Origin: Octopus bimaculoides
Lineage: Eukaryota
NCBI RefSeq assembly: GCF_001194135.2
Contig: NC_069005.1
Span: 4,573,753-4,637,752 of the forward strand
Direction: 5' to 3'
DNA: 64,000 nt
Below, piece by piece: positions 36,688 to 49,159 of the stretch (its first letter is position 1; the number at the start of each line of letters is the position of its first letter). The notes beneath the pieces are model-generated. The model made no database searches, had not been told where the DNA came from, and was given only the letters and a program-made list of their open reading frames with translations. Both the position numbers and the translations under genes were made by a program.

Positions 36688-37787
36688 CTTTAAATATGAT
36701 GGCCACCACTTGTTTATAACACATATCTTTAAAGCGTAATGTTATTATGTAAAGAATAGTTTCCCTGCTACTCCTACCGTGTTAAGCTGTGATTATGCCA
36801 GTTGATGCTGACTCACTGGTTCGAAATATTTGTTTTTTAACTATTTACTTTTCATTCTTACATGTGGGGTGGCGGTTCGCGTTGCTCTTTTCTAATTTTC
36901 ACAATGAACAGACAAGAACATTTTCAAACCATTTCCATAATTTTCATTCTGATTGTAACTATTATGGCAGAGTTATTCTTTGTGCAATCCGCCAACGTTC
37001 TGAGACTGCGCGTACCAAATTTCACTTTTAAAGAAAGGGAGAAGAAAATGAACACAAAATTGTAAATTTTAGTTATTAAATTTGTGTTATATTTATGTTA
37101 TAAAATTAGTTTTGTGTTTCTAGTTGGTTTTTATATTTTCGTTTATTATTGTAATAAAATTCTGAGAATTTTCTCTGCTATTATTTAGGAAATGCCAGTA
37201 TAAAATCAAATTGCATTCCATTTAAAAGGGTAAAATACATCTAGTAAAAGGTTTAAAATGTAGAAATATCCAACAAAAAAATATAATAATAATAAATTGT
37301 TATATACAATATAAATATGACAAAGGCGAACGGAAAACAAAATTTGAACATAAAGAAAGTGGAAAACGGAGAACGATGGGAAAAGAGAAGGATGAAGAAA
37401 GAAAGAGTGAAAAAGACAGAGAAAAGAAACCGAAAAGGAGAGAGTTGGACATCGAGAGAATGAGAGGGAGAAAGATGTTGATCACAGGTTTAATTTTAAA
37501 AACTTCTTCGTTGAAATCCAATACTGACAAACGTTAATTTTTCGCTTATTTATTCGTTTTAATGACATTTTTTTTCATATCATTTTTATGTTATAATATT
37601 TATTTAGTTATTTATTAGTCTGTCCGATTACAATATTATTATTTTGTTAAGTTTTCATATAGCATTCATTTTGTTTCGTTTTAATTTTTTTGTTTCTTTT
37701 CCTTCTTAATTTATTAATTTTTTTAGCTAAAATTAATAACAGGACACTTTTAAATCATATTTCTGTAATTCTAATTGTCAATCTGTC

Positions 37788-37933
37788 ACAGACATTGCTA
37801 AGAAAAGCATTTTCTTCGTTCACCATGATATTTTTATAGAGCTGCACGGAATTCTATAGTTAAGTCTTACTCCTCTCAGTTTTCTATAACTGCCATTTTG
37901 TTGTTATTGTTGTTGCTGTTGTTGTTGTTGTTC
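37788..37933 (+). repeat. 146-bp direct repeat, copy 1
   Basis: Identical to 39423-39568 except one base. Confidence 0.95.
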
Positions 37934-39422
37934 CTTTTATTGTTACCGCAATTATTGTTTAATTGTTGTTGCCATGACTAAACTTGTTATTTACTATCAC
38001 TGATCATTCCTGCCATAGAGAAAAGTCAGTGGTGCAATAGTTAACCAAATTTTATTTCTTGATGGAAATTGGGCTGCGAAACAACCCGAATCGTGCCCTG
38101 CTAGATAAAGCAGCCTAATGCCCACTTCTAAATACATCTTGAAGTCTTATATGAAGAAAATGCACATACATAGAGAAAGAAAGAGAGAGAAAAGAAAGAG
38201 AAAGAGAGAGAGAGAAGAAAGAGAGAGAGAGAGAGAAAAGAAAGAGAGAGAGAGAATATNNNNNNNNNNNNNNNNNNNNNNNNNNNNNNNNNNNNNNNNN
38301 NNNNNNNNNNNNNNNNNNNNNNNNNNNNNNNNNNNNNNNNNNNNNNNNNNNNNNNNNNNNNNNNNNNNNNNNNNNNNNNNNNNNNNNNNNNNNNNNNNNN
38401 NNNNNNNNNNNNNNNNNNNNNNNNNNNNNNNNNNNNNNNNNNNNNNNNNNNNNNNNNNNNNNNNNNNNNNNNNNNNNNNNNNNNNNNNNNNNNNNNNNNN
38501 NNNNNNNNNNNNNNNNNNNNNNNNNNNNNNNNNNNNNNNNNNNNNNNNNNNNNNNNNNNNNNNNNNNNNNNNNNNNNNNNNNNNNNNNNNNNNNNNNNNN
38601 NNNNNNNNNNNNNNNNNNNNNNNNNNNNNNNNNNNNNNNNNNNNNNNNNNNNNNNNNNNNNNNNNNNNNNNNNNNNNNNNNNNNNNNNNNNNNNNNNNNN
38701 NNNNNNNNNNNNNNNNNNNNNNNNNNNNNNNNNNNNNNNNNNNNNNNNNNNNNNNNNNNNNNNNNNNNNNNNNNNNNNNNNNNNNNNNNNNNNNNNNNNN
38801 NGTGGCGGTGGTGGTGACGATAGGGACGCCGGTAGCGGTGGCGGTAGTGCTGGTGATGGCTATGGTGGTGACGATAGACGTACTGTTCGTGGTGGTTGTG
38901 GTGGTTGTGTCGGTGGTGATGGTAGTGGTGATGGTGGCAGCGGCGGTTATGGTGACAGCGGTGGTTATGGTGATGGTGATGGACGTACTGTTCGTGGTGG
39001 TGTCGTGAGGGCCATGGTGGCGGCGGCGGCAGTTGTGTTAGGTGGCGATTATGGTGGTGGCGGTGGTGGTGGTAATGGCGGTATCAGCCCCAGGCAGTGC
39101 GTAGACAACATGAGAGAACACTTTAGGTTAGTTAAAATATGTTTTAACATAATTTAATTGCCAAAGGCATATATTCATTGCAGTTACTGTGGAGAAAAGC
39201 ATTCTCTTTTATGTTAAAAAAGGTGTTAAAAAAACATATCTATCCAGTGATGCCCTCCGTCGGATTCTCAGACGCTTTTATAGCTCATAAGTCGTTATCA
39301 TTTGGAAATACCGAAATGAGGCAATTCTGGACAGACTTAACTAAAGCCGAAGCTTCAACTAAAACGCAGTCAAAAATATTGATTGGGTTGCGCCATTAGA
39401 GTACCAGGCTCGGAGAGAAATT

Positions 39423-39568
39423 ACAGACATTGCTAAGAAAAGCATTTTCTTCGTTCACCATGATATTTTTATAGAGCTGCACGGAATTCTATAGTTAAGT
39501 CTTACTCCTCTCACTTTTCTATAACTGCCATTTTGTTGTTATTGTTGTTGCTGTTGTTGTTGTTGTTC
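39423..39568 (+). repeat. 146-bp direct repeat, copy 2
   Basis: Identical to 37788-37933 except one base. Confidence 0.95.
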
Positions 39569-39593
39569 GTTACTATTCCTGCTGTTTGTTTCT

Positions 39594-39874
39594 TCTCAAT
39601 CCACGCCTGACTCATAAGGGCCGGTTTCCCGGTTTCATTAGCGTATAGGTTCCTCAACTGGACTGGACGCCGGTCCGTTACAGGTGAACTGCTAGATGAA
39701 GGAGGACAGAGTGAGGGAAATTTGTGGCGAAAGATTCAGCAGAAACTCACCATTATCTTCTGCCGGAGCCGCGTAGAGCTTAAGCTGTTTTGCTCATAAA
39801 CACACACATCACCCGGTTTGAAATTCGAACCAACGATCCCTCGACTACTAGTCCGCTACTCTAACTACTAGGCC
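39594..39874 (-). mobile_element. tRNA-derived SINE (distinct family, full length)
   Basis: Reverse complement head GGCCTAGTAGTTAGAGT...GGTTCGAATTTC (A/B boxes); tail GAAACCGGGAAACCGGCCCTTATGAGTCAGGC. Confidence 0.8.
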
Positions 39875-40419
39875 TCCAGGTTAGTTAACGTATGTTTGTG
39901 ACATACGTTAACTAACTATAATCAATTTCACTGCAGTTGTCATGAAAGAAAAAAAAAATGATTTTTTGTTGTTGACTGTGTTTTAATTAAAGCTACCAGT
40001 TTAATTCAGACTAACTAGTAATGCTTCACTCAACTGTTTTTCCCATTGATAACGAGATACAAGCATATCTGGGAATCTGACATTGGAAGTAAATCTCAAA
40101 AATACTGTTTTCACAGTTTTTTTTTTTTTTACCAGAAGAGAAAAATGTTTAAAACCTACGACACACCTAGAACCAGCATTCCGCTAGTAGCCCTTGCACC
40201 TGAAAGTTGTTAGTAAAAAGTTAGTATCGTATAAACACGGTATCTTCATAGGAGTTTCACATCACTGTGAATCTTATATTATTGTACCTGGCTATTCTTA
40301 GGTCTCTATTTGTTGATGTGCCTAGATTCTACTGAATTCTATAACAAATCCTTCTGTCTCGCTCTCTCTGTTTTTCTCTTTATATATCTATCTCTCTCTT
40401 ATATGTATGTGTGTGTGAG

Positions 40420-40649
40420 GGCGCATGTCTTAGTGGTTAAGGCGTTGCTCTCATAATTGCGAGATTGTAGATTCGATTCCTAGACCAGGTGTTGCGTTGT
40501 GTTCTTGAGCCAAACACTTTCATTTCACGTTGCCCTGCGATCATTTCGTACAGGTAATGTCGATTCAATGAGGGGAGTGAGCTTATGGATACAGAAACAC
40601 TTGATCGCCATAAATCATGTGTAGTTGGTCAGCACCTTCTTGCCGAAAC

Positions 40650-40650
<1 letters not shown>
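40420..40650 (+). mobile_element. SINE family C
   Basis: GGCGCATGTCTTAGTGGTTAAGG...GATTCGATTCC...TTCTTGAGCCAAACACTTTCATTTCACGTTGC. Confidence 0.7.
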
Positions 40651-40680
<30 letters not shown>

Positions 40681-40693
40681 GTTTATAGACTCA

Positions 40694-41070
40694 GGTGTGA
40701 CTGTGTGGTAAGAAGCTTGCTTCTCAACCACATAATTCCGGGTTCAGTCCTAATGCGAGGCACTTTGGGCAAGTGTCTTCTTCTATATCCTCGAGCTGAC
40801 CAAGACCTTGTGAGTGTATTTGGTAGATGGAATCTGAAAGAAGCTCTTCGTATATATATATGCATATGTGACTCTGTTTGTACCTCTCATCAACACTTGA
40901 CAACCGATGTTAGTGTGTTTACGTCCCGTAACTTAATAGTTCAAGGAAAGAGGCCGATGGAATAAATACTTCGCTTACAAAGAACGAGTCCTGGGATCGA
41001 TTTGTTCCACTAAAACGCGGTGCTCCAGCATGGCTGCTGTCAAATGCCTGAAGCAAGTAAAGAAATAAAA
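40694..41070 (+). mobile_element. SINE family B, full length
   Basis: Colinear with 31979-32315 and retains the tail CTGGGATCGATTTGTTCCACTAAAACGCGGTGCTCCAGCATGGCTGC. Confidence 0.9.
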
Positions 41071-41584
41071 TAATGTATGTATGTATGTATGTATGTATGT
41101 TTATATGTGTGTATTGATATATATCTGTGTGTATGTTTGTTTTTATGGATATATATCTTTGTGTATGTTTGTTTGTATGTATGTATAGTAGATTAAACGA
41201 GACATATTCAATTCGAAACTAAACAACACCCATAACTATTAGGCCACAAATAGATGTATAAATTGCTAATGAATCGCAAACTTCATTTTGAAATAAAACT
41301 CAACTCTTAGGCAAAAAAGCACATTCATATCCGATGTTAATGAAATTAATTTTGCGGAATATCATATATTTAACAAAGTATTCTGGTCATTTGTGGATTC
41401 ATTTCATTAGTTTATTAAATCTTGCTGAATGGACATGTGAATTCAATTGGTACTTATACAGCTTCGCTTTTGCGCGTATAAGACCAGGACTTTGACAGAA
41501 TTATGCACTCACAGGCACACACATGTTTACATATGCAAAGAATTCTAAAGAATTATACGGTATTCATATACACATATATCTACA

Positions 41585-41639
<55 letters not shown>

Positions 41640-41684
41640 TGGTAGGTAGGTTGATAGGTATGTTTCTCTTAATGTACTGAATCA

Positions 41685-41748
<64 letters not shown>

Positions 41749-41780
41749 CAATATGCATACATATGTGTGTGTGTCTATAT

Positions 41781-41972
41781 GTGTCCCTCCACCGTCGCTT
41801 CGCAACTGACGTTGGTGTGTTTACGTCCCCATAACTTAGCGGTTCTTCAAAAGAGTCCGATACAATAAGTACTATGCTTACAACGAATTATTCTGGGGGG
41901 CGATTTGTTCGACTAAAGGCGGTGCTACAGCATGGCCGCCGTCAAACGACTGAAACAAATAACAATAAACGA
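41781..41972 (+). mobile_element. SINE family B 3' half
   Basis: TTGGTGTGTTTACGTCCCC.TAACTTAGCGGTTC...GACTAAAGGCGGTGCTACAGCATGGCCGCC. Confidence 0.85.
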
Positions 41973-42027
41973 ATAACAGAATATATATATATATAATTAT
42001 TCATACACGCACTCACACTTGCACAAA

Positions 42028-42059
<32 letters not shown>

Positions 42060-43011
42060 CGCGTGTGTTTGTGTGTGTGTGTGTGTGTGCGTGCGCGTGT
42101 GTTTGTGTGTGCGTTTGTGTGTGCGTATAAGCATCCAAATTGTTTAGAATGTCATATAATTTCAGCGTTTGGTTACTGAAACTAAATCAATTGTATCGGG
42201 TTACACCGAGATTACTTATAATATTCCGTTGATGTTCATTTAGTTTCAGTGTCTTAATAATATCATACACTTTTATTAAGCTTCTGTAACAATCTACGTA
42301 CATCTACGACCTACTGCTGCCAATTCTTTTGCATGGCATCACAGATCTTGTGGAACAGTGTCTGCGACCATTTGGTAAATTTATTTATAGTATATAATAA
42401 CTATTATAAAATGAGAAAAGAAACTCGATAAACAACATATATGGATTCCATATCATTTACGTGGTGTAATTACAGTCCCGAGATTATATGTATGTATGTN
42501 NNNNNNNNNNNNNNNNNNNNNNNNNNNNNNNNNNNNNNNNNNNNNNNNNNNNNNNNNNNNNNNNNNNNNNNNNNNNNNNNNNNNNNNNNNNNNNNNNNNN
42601 NNNNNNNNNNNNNNNNNNNNNNNNNNNNNNNNNNNNNNNNNNNNNNNNNNNNNNNNNNNNNNNNNNNNNNNNNNNNNNNNNNNNNNNNNNNNNNNNNNNN
42701 NNNNNNNNNNNNNNNNNNNNNNNNNNNNNNNNNNNNNNNNNNNNNNNNNNNNNNNNNNNNNNNNNNNNNNNNNNNNNNNNNNNNNNNNNNNNNNNNNNNN
42801 NNNNNNNNNNNNNNNNNNNNNNNNNNNNNNNNNNNNNNNNNNNNNNNNNNNNNNNNNNNNNNNNNNNNNNNNNNNNNNNNNNNNTATATATATATACATA
42901 CATATATATATATATGTGTGTGTGTGTATGTATATATGGATACACGTATATTTTACTTAATATCCTATTATATTACTCGACAATGAACCTAATCTTACAT
43001 TAATTTACATT

Positions 43012-43067
<56 letters not shown>

Positions 43068-43364
43068 TGTCTCTCTCCCTCTCTCTCTCTCTCTCCCTCT
43101 CTCTCTCTCTCTCTCCACCTCCCGCCTGCTAGTCTAGTTACGTGCATCTACTAATGCCATGTACCCGTACACTTACTTGTTCATATATCTAAAAGTACAG
43201 AACACACTCGCACACGCGCATCCTCACACCCTTACACACGAACATACACACACACACACACATATATATATACACACACAGAAGCACGCAAACGCGCTCT
43301 CAAACATGCATGCAAAGTCGACCAGTAACATAAACGTATAAACGAAGCATTACTCCTACAGGGA

Positions 43365-43535
43365 CAAGGCCTGAATTTTTGGCGAATCGGTATAATCGAT
43401 TGCCTCGGCACGAATGCCCCACATCTAGTTATTTTATCGATGACGAATTGATGAGTCGCAACGTCGGCTTTGGTGACATTTCCATTGAAATCGGAAAGCC
43501 GGATTACATATTGCCTGGAGTGCTATCAATACTGC
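43365..43535 (-). mobile_element. Old SINE family A copy
   Basis: ACAAGGCCTGAATTTTTGG...TTATTTTATCGA...CTGGAGTGCTATCAATACTGCCAG, strongly diverged. Confidence 0.5.
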
Positions 43536-43556
43536 CAGTTTGTCACATAAATGATA

Positions 43557-43559
43557 ATC

Positions 43560-43620
<61 letters not shown>

Positions 43621-43633
43621 TAATAATAATAAT
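43557..43633. repeat. (AAT)n microsatellite hosting the RLE-LINE insertion
   Basis: Direct reading. Confidence 0.95.
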
Positions 43634-43916
43634 GACAGGTTATCTTGGGAAGTTAAGCGGTTGTGTTCGATGAAAAAGGTAGATGTAGTACCAATAATTG
43701 TCGGAACCCTGGGAACAGTGAGTAAAAATCTCTAGAAGTACATGGAACAAAAAGGGGCTGCAATAAGGCTGGAGCACTTACACAAAACAGCACTGCTTGA
43801 AACAGCTCGAATACGCTGGAAGGTGCTCGGAAAATAAGAGGTGTTACCTTAGTTCACTCGTAGTGAACAGCTGACACCGTAGTACATCTCCAGCGTTAGA
43901 AGCTGTGCAAAGGCAA
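43634..43916 (+). mobile_element. 5'-truncated R4/Dong-like RLE LINE (C-terminus plus 3' UTR) inside (AAT)n
   Basis: LSWEVKRLCSMKKVDVVPIIVGTLGTVSKNL*KYMEQ...LHKTALLETARIRWKVLGK* matches the RLE C-terminal signature (V.VVPIVVG.LG.V...LQK.ALL.TA.I.R); flanked by AAT repeats on both sides. Confidence 0.9.
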
Positions 43917-43932
43917 TGATAATAATAATAAT

Positions 43933-44145
43933 GTTTTCTACTATAGGCACAATGCACGAAATTTTGGGGGAGGGGGGCCAGTCGATTAGATCGACCCCAG
44001 TACGCAACTGGTACATAATTTATCCACCCCGAAATGATGAAAGGCAAAGTCGATCTCGTCGGTATTTGAACTCAGAACGTAATGACAGACGGAATATCGC
44101 TATGCATTTTTCCCAGCGCGCTAAAGTTCCTGCCAGCTCACCGCC
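43933..44145 (-). mobile_element. SINE family A, full length, short-tail variant, between AAT tracts
   Basis: TTTTCTACTATAGGCACAATGCACGAAATTTTGGGGGAGGGGGGCCAGTCGA...GCCAGCTCACCGCC. Confidence 0.9.
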
Positions 44146-44198
<53 letters not shown>

Positions 44199-44334
44199 TA
44201 TTATTATTATTATTATTAGAAATATATATTTTTCTACTTTTTATACAATACATTTAAACGCTTCAAAAACAAACGTAAGTTTGTTTAAATGTGACGTAAT
44301 AATTGTAATAATAATAGTTACCTATTTTGACCTA

Positions 44335-44526
44335 AGGACAGTAATTTCCCGGAAGGGACAAGTCGACTACGTCGATCACAGCGTTCAGCAGTTACTTATT
44401 TTATCGTCCACCGAAATTTTGAATGGTAAAGTCGACCTCGGTGGAGTTTGAACTCAGAATTACAGTCGAAAGAAACGCCGCAAAACATTTTGTCCGGCGT
44501 GGTAACGATTCTGCCAGTTCGCTGTC
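44335..44526 (-). mobile_element. SINE family A, diverged
   Basis: AGTCGACTACGTCGA...AAAGTCGACCTCGGTGGAGTTTGAACTCAGAA...GATTCTGCCAGTTCGC. Confidence 0.75.
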
Positions 44527-45295
44527 AAAGGAGAAAGCGAGAAATATATATTAAGAAATAAAAAAAAGAAGCAATGTCAGGACGAAAATCTAGATGAAAT
44601 GGAAAATAGCAATCTGAATAAGATTCGGTACGAATGAAGCAAAAGACAAGAAACAGAAGAAAAAAATCTAAAGATATCTACAAAATAAAACAAAACAAGT
44701 AGCTTAAAAACAACAACAGCAACTACAACAGCAAACCCATCATCTCACTCAGTAGCAAGCGACCTTAAGATTTACGGCTATAAATAACTCAATAAGAGAA
44801 GCCATCGACCAGTATCTTAACGCCTGAACCTTCCAAATTTATTACATCTGTTCGTTAATATACTGTTGGACTTGCTTTTGGATTTCTCTTATTTTTCTGT
44901 AATTATTTTACGGTTCTTATTTTACCTTCCTTTCTTCCGTTCTTTTTCACTCACTCTCGCAACCATCATTCTCTCCCTTCCTCTAGCTCATCGCCCACTA
45001 GTTTGTTTGTGTTTTTGTTTTTAACTTCTTTCTTGTTTTTGAGTTGTTATGGCTACTGACAGATTAACTTAAACGAAGCGGAACGCCTGATCAAAATATC
45101 CGATAGCATCAAGCCAAAATCCCCCTTCCAATTTCAATGTTTATGAGCAATTTCCACACAGATAGAATACATAGAATTTCGAATTATTTGCTTATTTATT
45201 TATATATTTATTTCATTCATTTATTTTATTTGTTGCTACTTCTTATTTTTCTCATCATCTTTGCTATTAATTACGAAGATGTAGCAACCTTGCTG

Positions 45296-45505
45296 AGAAG
45301 GCGCAATAATGGCCGTATGTTAAAAACGTTGCTTCCCAACTATTTGGTTTTGGGTTCAGTCCTCATGCGTTACAAACGCAGTAAGTAATCACTTTATCGA
45401 CCCGGAAATGAGAAAGTCGACATTATCGGAATTTGAAATTACAACGTAAAGCCCAACCTAATGTCCCTAAGTATTTTGACCGGTATCCTACCAGCTTAGC
45501 TTGCC
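45296..45505. mobile_element. Adjacent SINE fragments (family B head on plus, family A fragment on minus)
   Basis: TTGCTTCCCAAC...GGGTTCAGTCC, then TTTATCGACCCGG...AAAGTCGAC...GAATTTGAA. Confidence 0.45.
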
Positions 45506-45699
45506 AATTATTGTGTTATATGAGACTAGAATATGTTGTTGACATTGTAAGAATTTATATTCTATAAACTTGCAATAATTCTCTTTGAAAACATCCTTAC
45601 CTTTGGATAAATACATACATAGACAAAAACAATATATATATATAAATATATATATGTATATATATATATATGTTTCTTTGAAGCCTAAGTATTTTCAAT

Positions 45700-46670
45700 A
45701 CCTGGTCCTCATTTCTGATTTTACTGACCATACCTGTGATACAATGCGATGGCGTCTAGTGTAGGCATTTTATGATGCACGACGTCAAGCCCTTCTCGAA
45801 TTATCCATATGTAGATAGCTACATGTCTATCACTTCTTCGTTCCAGAGAGAAATGTTGTAGCTTTTTCAATTCCTCCCAGTTGTTCATCTACTACACTGT
45901 TACAAAGCTTTTAGTGTAAGCTCGCTGGACCGCTTCAAGCTCCGGTATTACTGCAGCTGAGACCGGGAGACAGGCGTGTGAGAACAAAGCTCCCTCACAA
46001 GGTCAACAGAACTTGTTTGTCCCTTTGCTTGAAAGATCTTACTATCCATCCTGTGTGATGTCTGCACTCTTTGGCATCTTGGTAATGTGGACATGAAAGC
46101 ATGAATCGTTACACATACCGAGATTGCATGGCCTTTGGGCTTTCTATACGCGGGCTGAAGTTCATTTGGGAGCTGATAGTGACGTTCTTACACTTTTGAA
46201 GCACTTATCTGAATGTTGTTTACCTCTGCCCACTTGTAAATTGAAATAAGATCCCGCTGAAAGCCTGTGACATCTGAGTTGTTTATTGCCTGTGATAATT
46301 TTGTATTATCGTTGTATCTCGAGAGAGTAGCCGTCCGACGGCTCAAGTGCATGTCTAAGAGAGCTACTAAAAGGGATAATAAATAGAAGTTAGTTCACTA
46401 GCGGACATCATACAGGATTTGAGTTCACTCAGGGAAGGCATCATTGGCTGCACCTACCTGAAGTCTATCTTTTAGGATATTATGAAGATACATTTCCGGT
46501 TTAATAACTATGTCAACGTCTAGCAGCTTGTGAGATATCAAGCCATGACCCACCCAGTGAAAGGACATTGTGTCAAAACGTATCAGATTAACATCGCCAT
46601 TGTCAAAGAGTTATTACAATAGCCTGCCATAGGCCTGCAAGAGCTGTGTCAGGCAGCTTCTTCCTGGAAT
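45700..46670 (-). mobile_element. Decayed CR1-clade LINE (RT C-terminal part and 3' end)
   Basis: RYNDNTKLSQAINNSD..FQRDLISIYKWAEVNNIQ (YADDTK-like); IPELEAVQRAYTK..WEELKKLQHFSLERRSDRHVAIYIWII. Confidence 0.88.
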
Positions 46671-46867
46671 GAATCCATGCTATTTTCCCGTAGGAATGTT
46701 ATCTTCTGTTTACATTCGATAATTCTACGCATGACTTTGCTGATGTCAGAAATCAGAGAGATTTACCTGAAGTGTTTCAGCCTTCCCTCTGCTGCCACCT
46801 ATATATACTTATATATAAATATGCCTATGGGACTGCGTGAGTGTGGATGTGTGTATGTATATAATAA

Positions 46868-46905
<38 letters not shown>

Positions 46906-47331
46906 ATATATATATATATATACATACATATGAATCCATTCTACCCACTTTCATCATGTGTATATATATCGCATACATTTTATATTTCTTTCTTTTTTAT
47001 CGAAAAGCTAATCTTAAATAAACGCAAATTTTCTCCTTAAAATTATTTCCGGAAATATTCCGTAATATCCTCTTACGTACTTAGTGAATCTATAGTTGTC
47101 TACAACAACAGCAACAACAACAACAACAACAACAGCAGCAGCAGCAGCAGCAGCAACAGCAACAACAACAAAATAGAAATAAGATTCAGTTCGTTCTCCT
47201 TTTTCATATTCTATAATTCATGTAAGCTCATACCTGTTTTGATGGGGCTGGAAAACCGCCATTTTATTTTCATAAACACAAAGGCACATACACACGCACA
47301 CATACACATATATATGCACACACACAAACGC

Positions 47332-47362
<31 letters not shown>

Positions 47363-47415
47363 CACACACGTATATACATATATATGTATATATATATGCA
47401 TATATATATGTACGT

Positions 47416-47463
<48 letters not shown>

Positions 47464-47981
47464 CAGTATCAAAAGATCAGAGATCCAGCCTACTTATGTG
47501 AGTCCTCAGAAAGGTAACTCTAATAATATCATTTGTGTAGGAAGATAAAACATCTCTCTTTTCGCCGAGAATACCCACGAAAATAGCTCTTTCACACTAA
47601 TACTTGATGCATTATAAACGTGAATGGATAATTTTATTCTCATAGTTCAGGAGAACTTCCATTTTTGAAAATTTCCAAGATTACACAATATACATAATGG
47701 CGCCGTTTAATCAAACTTAATATCGCAACTGGTGAAACACATTAACAAGTGATACAAGCCATTCACTGAGATTTTGATCTTTGTAGCCTCGGCATAAATC
47801 AAAGAATATATATGCAGGAAAACGAACAATTCTCTACGATGGCATTCAATGAGAGCCTGGGTCTATTCCTCATTTTCTTCTTTGTTTCTTTTTCATTTTC
47901 ATCTTCTTGCTTTTCCCTGTCTGTCTGTCTGACACGTTTTCTCCCTCTGTCCCTCTCTCTCTCTCTCTCTCTCTAAATATA

Positions 47982-48053
<72 letters not shown>

Positions 48054-48519
48054 AAAATACGTGCACTTATGAATCATTTGAATGTATATATTATATATGA
48101 ATATAAGCACAAAACTATGCGTGAGCGCTTGTGTATGTGCGTGTGTGTCTGTGTGTCTGTGTGTGTGTGTTTTCACCTACCACCTACTTGTTCAGCAATT
48201 TACTCATACACCATCTCCACCTACATCTGGTTAGCTCTTTCTTCTCTACTCGCGTGTTCGGATATAGTAATTGTACATCTATAAAACGGATGAAAATTGC
48301 ACAAATTCTTCCACAAATAGATGGATATACCACTAAAATACACAAGCGCACATACACACACACACACACACACGCATAAACACATACACACTCACACATA
48401 AATTTATATGGATATATGTATGTAAGCCTATATACATAAACTCTATGTACAAGAGCCTGAGTATATATATATATATATATATACATATATATGAGTATGC
48501 GTGTATATATATTTGTATA

Positions 48520-48651
<132 letters not shown>

Positions 48652-49159
48652 ATGTGATTCTCAGCTTCCGTATTTCCGCTGATCAAGATATAGCTTCGTT
48701 TCTATAGCATGAACTACACACACTCTGAAATATCAGGTTAAAATAAAGAACACGCAGCAATGTCATTGCATTACATAACATATAAGCCTGTGTTTGGATA
48801 ATAAGTGTGTCTATGAATGTTTATACGTACGCATGTATGTATGGTATGTATTCATTCATATATGTATGCATGTCAATAAGTGTGTATGTATGTATGTATG
48901 TCAGAAGAAAAATGATAAAACATTGCACAGTGAACATGTGACAAGTGTTATGTACAATGTTTCGAACAGTTTCATTTTTAAGAGAGATGTTGAAGAAGAA
49001 AAGTGTCCGAAACGTTGGATCTTCCAATTCTTAAGGCATGTTCACTCTACCATTTTTATCGATTTTCCTACATAATATATGTGATGCAGTCACAAGACAA
49101 AAACGAGTTACTGCAAACACTGCTTTGTCATGAATATATATATATTACGGAAAGAACGT

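Noticed and set aside
39800-39874. tRNA-like sequence with A/B boxes
   Set aside because: It continues into a SINE body and tail and does not form a full cloverleaf, so it is a SINE head and not a tRNA gene
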